Shown: positions 9,615 through 17,086, numbered from the stretch's first letter. The stretch is DNA of 40,000 bases from Oscillospiraceae bacterium (GCA_910575815.1 CAJTFN010000001.1:264507-304506); one strand, 5' to 3'. Made by a program: numbers and translations. The notes: generated by a model not told the origin, from the sequence alone.

Positions 9615-10585
9615 ACCTCGCTTCCCGCCGACGCTGCTGCCATAACATTCCGGCAGTTCAGCGTCAGCTTTGTATAATAGTCATGATGTTTCCAGGTATG
9701 GATATCGGCGTCAATCCAAAAGATACCCGCCAATCCGGTCTTGGCCTCTTTTACCACAACCGTTTCTCCGGTCAGCAATGAGAGATCTCCTAAAACATTC
9801 ACCGTGACGGTCTTCTGGACTTTTCCGTTTTCCAGAAGTTTCCTGGCACTGGCATCCGCCCCAGCACTTTCATTCTCTCGCTGAATAATGTGGCGTTCCA
9901 TAACACCGTAGAGCTTTTGTGCCTCATCATCACCCATTTTACGGAGCAAGTTCCCATTTGTATCATAAATCGCCACACGGTTTATGATCCTCGCAGCGTC
10001 TTCTTTGGTCACCGCGTCCATCAGGTTTGAAGAAGTCCTCAACACTAAACTGGAACCGCCGGCATCCCGCTCCTTCACCAAAAGCCCCTCCGGCGTGTAT
10101 CGAATCGCGTAGGACTTTCCAGTCTTCTCACCAGTCAATGTCCAGGCTGTGGTTATGATTTGGCTTAAACGCACCGCGGCATATTTTCTCCGCAGAGGAA
10201 TCCCCGTAACTGGCAGCCCCGCCACCGGAATCTCCCGATCCTTGCAAACCGCCTGCGTCTGTGCCTCCGCGGCAGCGCCGGTAAATTTATAGGTGCCATC
10301 GTTCTGCTGCAAATAATAGCCATAGTCAAAAGCGGTAAACGATAAAGTGCTGGATTCGCTGCCCAAACTCCTCAGCAGAATAATCCCCACAAACAAGCGC
10401 TTCCCGTCATTGACCATCGTCACCACATCCCCCAGGGCGGGGACAGGCAAATTGCCGCCCTCCACATAGGAAATCTCCCCGGTCAGCTGCCTGGAAATCG
10501 AAGCCTTATCACCAGACCAGTTCCAGGAAACCATCAGCTCCGTGACATCTCGTGTACTTGTGCCATGGGTCATAAGGAGCTTCAT
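9611..10585 (-). CDS. tail/baseplate hub protein, XkdQ/YqbQ-like (late control D-like)
   Basis: 324 aa; follows the LysM protein with a 4-bp overlap. The order matches PBSX xkdP-xkdQ. Confidence 0.7.
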   Translation of the reverse strand: MKLLMTHGTSTRDVTELMVSWNWSGDKASISRQLTGEISYVEGGNLPVPALGDVVTMVNDGKRLFVGIILLRSLGSESSTLSFTAFDYGYYLQQNDGTYKFTGAAAEAQTQAVCKDREIPVAGLPVTGIPLRRKYAAVRLSQIITTAWTLTGEKTGKSYAIRYTPEGLLVKERDAGGSSLVLRTSSNLMDAVTKEDAARIINRVAIYDTNGNLLRKMGDDEAQKLYGVMERHIIQRENESAGADASARKLLENGKVQKTVTVNVLGDLSLLTGETVVVKEAKTGLAGIFWIDADIHTWKHHDYYTKLTLNCRNVMAAASAGSEV

Positions 10586-11244
10586 GCGAACACCCCCAGC
10601 AGAACGGATTCCGGCGGAATGCGTAAAAGCGTTCCCGGATAGATCAAATGAGGATTCTTGATCTCATTAAACGCCGCTAGGGCATTATAGTACTCCGCAG
10701 AGGACTTCCCATAATACCGCCGGCAAATAATAGACAAGGTATCCCCCTTCGCAACTGCCACCGACTGCTCCTTCTCTCCGTTCCCCAACGCATCCCCTGG
10801 CCGGGTGCTGTTTTGCGCGGCGGTATTGGGATTTGTTGTCTCCACCGCCCCCAGTTCCACATACTCCCGAACGGAGACGGTGACATAGCGGTCCCCGGTT
10901 CCGTCCCGCTCCTCCTGTGCGGCCTCTTCCATGTATACCAGCGCGTTGATTTCCGTACCGGTGATCACCAGCCGCACGGGCTTGCCGTCCTTCACCCAGG
11001 CATTGAAATAGTCCAAATAGTACTGCGGCTCCGCCCGTGCGCCAGCCTCCATCCATGGATAAGACTGGGCGGGAAGCAAAAACTCGAAGCTCCCGGCGAA
11101 CCGTGACCGTCCGCCGGGGCGGTACACATCTCCCAGCTGGCTGATGTTAATGGTTTCCATCCGCCGTCCATTGCTCCATTTATAGCGTCCTGGCGTCACC
11201 GGCATTACCAGGGACACGCCGTCCCGAATGAAACAAAACTGCAT
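10582..11244 (-). CDS. LysM-domain tail protein, XkdP-like
   Basis: 220 aa; C-terminal LysM-like segment VAVAKGDTLSIICRRYYGKSSAEYYNALAAFNEIKNPHLIYPGTLLRIP. Confidence 0.8.
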   Translation of the reverse strand: MQFCFIRDGVSLVMPVTPGRYKWSNGRRMETINISQLGDVYRPGGRSRFAGSFEFLLPAQSYPWMEAGARAEPQYYLDYFNAWVKDGKPVRLVITGTEINALVYMEEAAQEERDGTGDRYVTVSVREYVELGAVETTNPNTAAQNSTRPGDALGNGEKEQSVAVAKGDTLSIICRRYYGKSSAEYYNALAAFNEIKNPHLIYPGTLLRIPPESVLLGVFA

Positions 11245-11248
11245 CTCG

Positions 11249-13282
11249 TTACCCCCTCATTCCCGCCAGCTCCATCTGGGCCAGCAGTTCCGAGGCCACT
11301 CTGGAGATGTCGGCCTCTTCTCGGACAGTAAAGCTGTTTCCGGTAATCGTAATCGCAGGCATCGTGCGTTCGCTCCTGGCTTCCACCGCGGTCTGCACCC
11401 GCTCTCCCTGGTGGAGCAAGGCCGGGAAGTTATCGTATGGTACATAGTCCAGGCCATAGGCATACAGTCCAAGCTCCTTGAGGGTTTCCAGCCGTTGAGC
11501 ATCCTTCTTTGCTTCTTCCGGCGTAAGGTGCTCCACGATTTCAAACCCAGTCCCCCGTGTAAAAGCGTTGCTCATCGTGTAAGCATTGGTAACCGCTTCC
11601 AGCTTTTTTGTATTTTCCCGGATTGCCTCGATCTGGTCCAGCTCCGTATCCTGCATAGTCTGATACCAGCCGCTGGATTCATAAGCGGCTGTTGCCAGAG
11701 CCTCTGCCTCTTCTTTCAGGGCCTCCATCTTCAGTCCAGCCTCCTGACTGCCGTTTTCATAGACTTCGGAAGCTTCTTGGAATTGCTCCCGCAGACCCTC
11801 CAGCTTTTCTGCGTCCTCAGGCTGGAATACCGTAGTCTTATCCCCCAGCACCAGGGCGCTCAATGCCTCCCGCTGGAACTGCTCCGACAAATTCTCCGAG
11901 ATCGCTTTATTCTCACCGATCACTGCGTTCAGCTTCTCCAGGGCATTGCCCAGCTCCCCGCCATAAGCGGCCTGTTCCGCCTGTAGTCCTTCCTTGCGCG
12001 TTTCATTGTAGGACGCGCCCCCGGCGGCGCTGATTGCTGTTTTCGCGTCCTCCACATTGCTTACCAGTGCGTCATAAGTGGACGCCAGTTTTTCGGACAG
12101 GCCGCCGAAGCTCTGCTCCATGTAGTCCAAAACCGCTTGGGCCGCTTCGCTGCCGGAGAAGCCGTCCCCAACGTTCGTCTCCATGCCAGCCGCCTTTCGT
12201 GCCTGTGCGATCTTGTCCAGTACCTGATTGACGTCTGCCCCGCTCCCGGAGAGGAAATTCAGGTCCTCCTGCGTAACCCTTTCGGAAGACTGCATCCGGC
12301 TGAGATTGGAAAGCAGCGTTTGGAATCCGGATTCATCCAGGTTCAGCCCCTCCATTGCGCCGGACAGCTTTTGAAGCGCGCCGATTGCTCCATCCGCGCC
12401 GAAACTGTTCAGAAGGGTCTTGGAGTAGCCGGTGAGCTGGTTGAAGGTGTAATTGCTGGAACTAGCCAGGGACTTCACGCTCTCCAGGTACTTTCCAGCG
12501 GCCTCGTTCCCTCCCAGCCTCTGGGCAAGGACCGCCTGCGTCTGTTCCCGGTCCCTGCTCACCAGGGAACCGCCGGTGATGGTATTCTCTGTGTTGGAGG
12601 ATACGGTTTCGTAAAGGCTTTTGTAGTAGTCTTTGAAAGCATCCTCCTTTGCTTCTACAATTTTAGTAACACTGCTGATGGCTCCAGATACCACTCCGAT
12701 TCCCCCGCCTATCAAAGCACCTGTAGGGCCGAAAATTGCGCCAGCCGCTGCGCCGTTTAAAGCTCCGGAAGCTATGCCGGATATAGCAGAGGCCGTCTGC
12801 TGGCCGAACTGGCTGGTCAGGCCGGTATTGAGCAGCCCCGATACGCTGTTGCTTAAGTCTCTAAAAATCCCTGAAGCATTGAGACCTTTTTTTAATGCAT
12901 CAGTACTAGTCGTTCCTATGCCCGACGAATTACCAGCCGAATCAAAGGCATCTCCCGTTTTCATCATCTGCTTTTCCACATTGGCAGCTTCCTTTGTGAC
13001 CAGAGAGAGATTCCGCCGTGCTTCCTCAAAAGTAAGCTGCTTTCCTTGCAAAATCAACTCATCAATCACATCTCCTGTTGACGCAAATTGTTTTTCTGCG
13101 GCCATAAGACTTTGTTTAGCCTTGTCTGTATCTACTTTCAGAGAAGCCTTTGTTTTATTCAGCGTATCTAGCCTTTTTTGCAGGCCATCCAAATCCTTTG
13201 TGAAAAGCTGACTGGCATCCCGCATCTTTTTCATTGCGTTTACAAAACTGTCCGATGATTGGACGATGGATGTTTCAGGCAT
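11249..13282 (-). CDS. tail tape measure protein
   Basis: 677 aa, long helical and Ala/Glu/Leu/Gln-rich, with a glycine-zipper hydrophobic block GAAAGAIFGPTGALIGGGIGVVSGAISS. Located between the chaperone and baseplate genes. AGGTGG RBS. Confidence 0.8.
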   Translation of the reverse strand: MPETSIVQSSDSFVNAMKKMRDASQLFTKDLDGLQKRLDTLNKTKASLKVDTDKAKQSLMAAEKQFASTGDVIDELILQGKQLTFEEARRNLSLVTKEAANVEKQMMKTGDAFDSAGNSSGIGTTSTDALKKGLNASGIFRDLSNSVSGLLNTGLTSQFGQQTASAISGIASGALNGAAAGAIFGPTGALIGGGIGVVSGAISSVTKIVEAKEDAFKDYYKSLYETVSSNTENTITGGSLVSRDREQTQAVLAQRLGGNEAAGKYLESVKSLASSSNYTFNQLTGYSKTLLNSFGADGAIGALQKLSGAMEGLNLDESGFQTLLSNLSRMQSSERVTQEDLNFLSGSGADVNQVLDKIAQARKAAGMETNVGDGFSGSEAAQAVLDYMEQSFGGLSEKLASTYDALVSNVEDAKTAISAAGGASYNETRKEGLQAEQAAYGGELGNALEKLNAVIGENKAISENLSEQFQREALSALVLGDKTTVFQPEDAEKLEGLREQFQEASEVYENGSQEAGLKMEALKEEAEALATAAYESSGWYQTMQDTELDQIEAIRENTKKLEAVTNAYTMSNAFTRGTGFEIVEHLTPEEAKKDAQRLETLKELGLYAYGLDYVPYDNFPALLHQGERVQTAVEARSERTMPAITITGNSFTVREEADISRVASELLAQMELAGMRG

Positions 13283-13297
13283 TGTCCACCTGCTTTC

Positions 13298-13326
13298 TTG
13301 ACAAATATTGTTAACTGCTATATACT
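13298..13326 (+). promoter_or_regulatory. near-consensus sigma70-type promoter pointing against the tail operon
   Basis: TTGACA (13298-13303), a 17-nt spacer, then TATACT (13321-13326). Confidence 0.5.
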
Positions 13327-13336
13327 AACTTAAAAA

Positions 13337-13548
13337 AGGAGGGAATCTGTTATGATGTGGGATGATTTTTGGCGTGAAATCCGTCAGTATTTCCAAGAGA
13401 ATCCTATGATCAAATTTGCAGCAATATTGGCATGTGTTTTCCTTGTAATTGCTGTGCTTATGCTTCTTACTCAGGCAATTTAAGGCTGCCGAGGCTATGT
13501 AGGAGGAATCTATTATGATGTGGGATGATTTTTGGCGCGAAGTCCGCC
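13337..13548 (+). repeat. direct repeat of the peptide gene's RBS and first 11 codons (copies at 13337-13385 and 13501-13548)
   Basis: aggagggaatctgttatgatgtgggatgatttttggcgtgaaatccgtc versus aggagg-aatctattatgatgtgggatgatttttggcgcgaagtccgcc: 4 substitutions and 1 indel. The second copy opens an 18-codon ORF (13515-13571). Confidence 0.8.
13352..13483 (+). CDS. 43-aa single-TM peptide (MMWDDFWREIRQYFQENPMIKFAAILACVFLVIAVLMLLTQAI)
   Basis: Below the ORF-track length cutoff and found by reading the sequence. AGGAGG (13337-13342) lies 9 nt before the ATG, and the promoter is 25 nt further upstream. Acidic/aromatic N-terminus followed by one hydrophobic helix. Confidence 0.5.
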   Translation: MMWDDFWREIRQYFQENPMIKFAAILACVFLVIAVLMLLTQAI

Positions 13549-13758
13549 CTTTTTTGACTCCTCTGATTTAGCAGCTTCTTTTTTCTTCCCATTCATCCTG
13601 CCGCCAGTCCTTCGCTCCCTTCCCTCCGTTCTCTGCTTCACCTCATAGGACGACAGTGCGTAAATCAGGTCATGCCACCCCGTCTCCCCCTCCCACAGGG
13701 CCCGCAAATCCGCAAGGCCCCAGTGGTGGACGGAGAACAGATAGTACAGCAGCCCCAA
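13513..13758 (-). CDS. tail assembly chaperone -1 frameshift extension (T-like ORF)
   Basis: The ORF lies in the -1 frame relative to the upstream chaperone gene. The -1 frame stays open from the slippery site (...KKRLEDGGDGELGLLYYLFSV...). The track's start codon is TTG and probably not an independent start. Confidence 0.55.
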   Translation of the reverse strand: MGLLYYLFSVHHWGLADLRALWEGETGWHDLIYALSSYEVKQRTEGRERRTGGRMNGKKKEAAKSEESKKGGLRAKNHPTS

Positions 13759-13778
13759 TTCCCCGTCGCCGCCGTCCT

Positions 13779-14183
13779 CTAGGCGTTTTTTACTTCCGTG
13801 ATCGTCATCCGGCGGTATCCGCTCAGCCGCTCAACCGCCTGGCTCAAATCCGTGATCTCCCCCGGCAGCAGCATCTTCTTTACCGCCTCCGCCGGTGTGG
13901 CCCCGCCAAACTTCTCCATCAGCCGCCCGTCCTTCAGGTCCGGCTCCACACAGCCCGCCAGCAGGATGTTCACATCCGCGTCCTGAGTGAACCGCTCCAA
14001 ATCGTGGGTCTTGCCGTAAGGAAGGGCCCGCAGAGTGAATACCACGTCCTGTCCCGCCAGCTCGCTTAGCCGGTCCACCCGGTAGCGCGCGGTGGGCAGT
14101 TCTTTTTCCACATTGGGTGCCGCCCCCAGCAGCATCTCCAGTACAGAGGTTTCCGTTCCCTCTTTTTTGATCTGATCCGCCAT
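13779..14183 (-). CDS. tail assembly chaperone, XkdN-like
   Basis: 134 aa located between the tube and tape measure genes. GGAGGAG RBS. Ends ...TEVKNA at a slippery heptamer. Confidence 0.7.
   Translation of the reverse strand: MADQIKKEGTETSVLEMLLGAAPNVEKELPTARYRVDRLSELAGQDVVFTLRALPYGKTHDLERFTQDADVNILLAGCVEPDLKDGRLMEKFGGATPAEAVKKMLLPGEITDLSQAVERLSGYRRMTITEVKNA
13785..13791 (-). other. -1 programmed ribosomal frameshift slippery heptamer A_AAA_AAC
   Basis: The minus strand reads GTA AAA AAC GCC TAG. The X_XXY_YYZ pattern is in the zero frame, two codons before the chaperone stop. Confidence 0.6.
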
Positions 14184-14200
14184 ATGCTCCTCCTATCTCC

Positions 14201-14242
14201 GGCCCCGTCCCTGACAAGAGGGACGGGGCCATTTCTTATGTT
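14201..14242 (+). terminator. strong hairpin between the tube and chaperone genes; the U-tract is on the plus strand
   Basis: GGCCCCGTCCCT (14201-14212) / AGGGACGGGGCC (14219-14230) form a 12-bp perfect stem. On the plus strand it is followed by ATTTCTTATGTT. On the minus strand it is followed by GGAGATAGGAGG with no U-tract. Confidence 0.4.
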
Positions 14243-14254
14243 CGAGTAATTTCC

Positions 14255-14683
14255 TCAGGAATCCAGAATCTCGTAAGACTCCGCCGTAAAGGGAGCCTCG
14301 ATGGTCCCCAGCTTGGCGGCTTCCCAGTCCGCCAGCGTCAGGTCGTCAAAGATCACGCCCTTGACGGCGATCCGCTGGTTGCGGGGGTTGTCCGGGTCGT
14401 CCAGGTTGCTGATAATCGTGTGACGGAGGTCCTCTCCCGCGGCCATGGCCCGGCTCTCTGCCTCCAGCAGGCGGCTGGTGGCGTTGTAGAGCTTCACGGA
14501 GCCGGTCAGGGAAACGCCGGTCAGCTTTTTCCCAGACACCAGTGTCCGGCACCGGGGCACGTCCTCCTTGTTCTTGTTGATTTTCAGCTGGAAGCCGTAG
14601 CACTCCGCCATCTGCTCCCCGTCCATCCACAGGGAACCCCACGTGCCGCTCCGTACCAGCTTGGCATCCAGAATATCAGACAT
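14255..14683 (-). CDS. tail tube protein, XkdM-like
   Basis: The ORF track starts at 14890, but the ATG at 14683 has AGGAGG 7 nt upstream. Product is 142 aa, MSDILDAKLVRSGTWGSLWMDGEQMAECYGFQLKINK..., and sits directly after the sheath gene. Confidence 0.8.
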   Translation of the reverse strand: MSDILDAKLVRSGTWGSLWMDGEQMAECYGFQLKINKNKEDVPRCRTLVSGKKLTGVSLTGSVKLYNATSRLLEAESRAMAAGEDLRHTIISNLDDPDNPRNQRIAVKGVIFDDLTLADWEAAKLGTIEAPFTAESYEILDS

Positions 14684-14696
14684 ACAAATTCCTCCT

Positions 14697-15782
14697 TTAC
14701 TGTGCTTCCAGTGTGATGTGGAAATCCTCCATGGCGTCCAGCACCCTGCCATAGAGGTACAGGAACACATGGCTGCCGGTGTCTTCCTTCCGCAGTTCCT
14801 CGTCGGAGAGGGCTTTGACCCGGTTGACTTCCTCGGCATCTCCAGCGTCATTGGCCTGCTCCAGCAGGTAATTCCGGGTGGCCTCCGCATCCAGTTCTAC
14901 GCCGGAGGAACCACTCTGCAGAATGTCCTGTCCCTCCAGTGCGTCGAGGAAATCCCGGAAAGCGGTCAGCAGAATGCATTTATTGTCATAACTGTTGGCG
15001 CACTTCCCCAGATATTGGTCTTCCACGGTCGTGATGGCGTAGTAGCGGATCAGGTCCACAGCAGCCACCATCTTGATTTTCTTCAGCAGCGCCGGTTCTC
15101 CCTCTTTCAGCGTGGCCTTGGAGTTCACCGCCCGGCCCAGCTTCACATGCCGCCCGTCGTCCACCAGAATCAGTTTGCCGGCATCCACGGCGGCGTCCGG
15201 ATCCTCCACCGCAGTCACGCCTGTCACTTCGGGCAGAGCGGCATAGGTAGCGCTGCAATCTGCGGGGGTTCCGGCCAGTACACCTGCGATGCGGCCGGCA
15301 TACTGAGCTGCGCTGAAAGTATCCTGTCCGATTTGAATACCGGATGCCATGAAGTTGATAATGCCCTCGTCGTCCGCGGCGGTACCCGGCAGCACCGCTT
15401 TGCCCACAAAACGTTTCTTCCGCTGAGCCTTTACAAAAGCCGCCAGAGCTGATGCTTCCTCGGAGGTGATATCCAGCGGCCCCGCCAGATAGTCGTAGCT
15501 GTAAGCCGCCAGGGCCTGAAATCCGGCGGAAATCCCGTCTTCCGGCCCAATAACGCTGACATAGACCGCGGAGGGACGGTTGATATATCCCTCCATCGCC
15601 CGTTTGATGGCAGCCGCATTAGTGGCACCCAACTCTGCGGGAATATCGCTCTCCCGGCGAATCGTATAGACGCCGTTCGCCTTGGCATCGCGCAGAATCA
15701 ACGCGACAATACCGCTTGAAATACGCATAGCCGCTGTCGCGGCAGCTTTTTTCAGGGAAAAAGAAAGTTCAGGAAGTCCCAT
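14697..15782 (-). CDS. contractile tail sheath protein, XkdK-like
   Basis: 361 aa; N-terminus MGLPELSFSLKKAAATAAMRISSGIVALIL... with a sheath-family look. Followed by the tube gene. Confidence 0.85.
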   Translation of the reverse strand: MGLPELSFSLKKAAATAAMRISSGIVALILRDAKANGVYTIRRESDIPAELGATNAAAIKRAMEGYINRPSAVYVSVIGPEDGISAGFQALAAYSYDYLAGPLDITSEEASALAAFVKAQRKKRFVGKAVLPGTAADDEGIINFMASGIQIGQDTFSAAQYAGRIAGVLAGTPADCSATYAALPEVTGVTAVEDPDAAVDAGKLILVDDGRHVKLGRAVNSKATLKEGEPALLKKIKMVAAVDLIRYYAITTVEDQYLGKCANSYDNKCILLTAFRDFLDALEGQDILQSGSSGVELDAEATRNYLLEQANDAGDAEEVNRVKALSDEELRKEDTGSHVFLYLYGRVLDAMEDFHITLEAQ

Positions 15783-16293
15783 AAGTGTCTCCTCTCAATA
15801 TGTTTGTATGATCCCGAATTCTCACGGTATAGCTGTCCGCCGCCGGGCTATCGGCTTCTTCGCCCGTTTCGGAACGATTATCAAACCATGAGGCATTGAT
15901 TTGAATACAGTTTTCACCTTTCTCCGATTGCAAGGCTTTCAAACCCAGCTTCAGGTGCCGGGAACCCACCTGAAGCACCGGATTCAGCAACTCCATGATC
16001 TCACATCGTTCTCTCGCTGACTGGCGCGAAAACGCATCCGCCGACTGGCCTATTTGATCATAAATTGTCAGCTTCATTTGCACATCATGACAGATGAAGA
16101 GTCGATTAGCATCTGCCCACTCATCTTTTTCAACCGCCAAACAGTACGAAGGCGGCACAAAACCGGCAGGACAGGTGTCTATATAGACCGGTCGATCCGG
16201 CCAGTGCTTTTTTAGTCGTTGGATGATCATGTCCAAAATGTCCAGAGTTCTCAATAGCCCCTCCTCGCAGTTCTTTAATTCAAGCGCGCTCAT
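15769..16293 (-). CDS. tail terminator / tail-completion-like protein (XkdJ position)
   Basis: Start taken as the ATG at 16293 (MSALELKNCEEG...). The track's longer 5' extension is AT-rich leader sequence. 174 aa, with a 14-bp overlap onto the sheath start. Pattern ...WPDRPVYIDTCPAGFVPPSYCLAV...MKLTIY resembles tail-terminator family proteins. Confidence 0.5.
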   Translation of the reverse strand: MSALELKNCEEGLLRTLDILDMIIQRLKKHWPDRPVYIDTCPAGFVPPSYCLAVEKDEWADANRLFICHDVQMKLTIYDQIGQSADAFSRQSARERCEIMELLNPVLQVGSRHLKLGLKALQSEKGENCIQINASWFDNRSETGEEADSPAADSYTVRIRDHTNILRGDTYGTS

Positions 16294-16315
16294 ACAATAG
16301 TCCGCATTTCCCCTT

Positions 16316-16339
16316 TTGTTGCACGTTTTTATGCAACAA
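16316..16339. promoter_or_regulatory. palindrome TTGTTGCA-N8-TGCAACAA in the AT-rich leader of the tail operon
   Basis: Perfect 8-bp inverted repeat at 16316-16323 / 16332-16339, about 25-45 nt upstream (in the minus-strand sense) of the first tail gene. Confidence 0.35.
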
Positions 16340-16682
16340 ATATAATAAAATTTTTTAAAAGTAAAAATTGCGAACATCAAATTGAGTCACATGATCGTGT
16401 GGATTGCCTGTACTACAGCGTAGACAGCATTCAAGCATTCATCATAATGGCAACTGCAAAGAAGCCCTATTCCCTCAAATTTTCTCAAGAGAAAAGTATT
16501 CTGTGGATTCCGTGGCGGCAACTTGCACCGTTAGCAGGCAACGAGGAAAACTACCGCCGACATTTTATTGTCTTGCCAAGACGTGGGTTTAGAAAAACGC
16601 TTGTCTCGGCGTAACGATGCAGGAAATGGATTTGTTGGAAGCTGCCGAAGCCGCACAGACACGCCCAAGGTAAAATCCGCTC

Positions 16683-16711
16683 TTGACAATCTTTCCCATC
16701 GGTGCTATGCT
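16683..16711 (+). promoter_or_regulatory. candidate promoter for the rightward (ParB-like/relaxase) genes
   Basis: TTGACA (16683-16688), a 17-nt spacer, then TATGCT (16706-16711). This would give a leader of about 370 nt. Confidence 0.35.
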
Positions 16712-17086
16712 TTTCATCACAGCAACGTACTGGGAAAAATATTTTATTAACTGGTTTTATTCTAACAGGTTTTCTCGAAAGAGATTGGATATCATTAATA
16801 GGCTTATCGCTGTACCCTGAGCGCATTTGCGCTCGGGGTAAAAGTATATGACCGTCCAATCAGATACTTTTACGGGGAAGCCTGCCATAACTTCAGTTTG
16901 AACGAGCGGGCCTAGTGAGGAAACACGACACAGCGCCGAGCAGGGTTGCCTGTCAGGAACCGGATTGGATAGAACGGCAAACTTACGGCGAAGGCTCACA
17001 AAAAACAAACTGAAGGAGATGGTACTCTGCAAAACACAAAAATCGAATACAACAGTTCCGAACGGACGCCGACCGTCCTGTCGGCG

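Noticed and set aside
7948-15452. Plus-strand ORFs inside the tail module (7948-8598, 11228-11986, 12137-12760, 12633-13211, 13656-14069, 14643-15452)
   Set aside because: All are antisense to well-supported, translationally coupled tail genes. They lack RBSs and have Cys/His/Arg/Pro-rich unnatural compositions.
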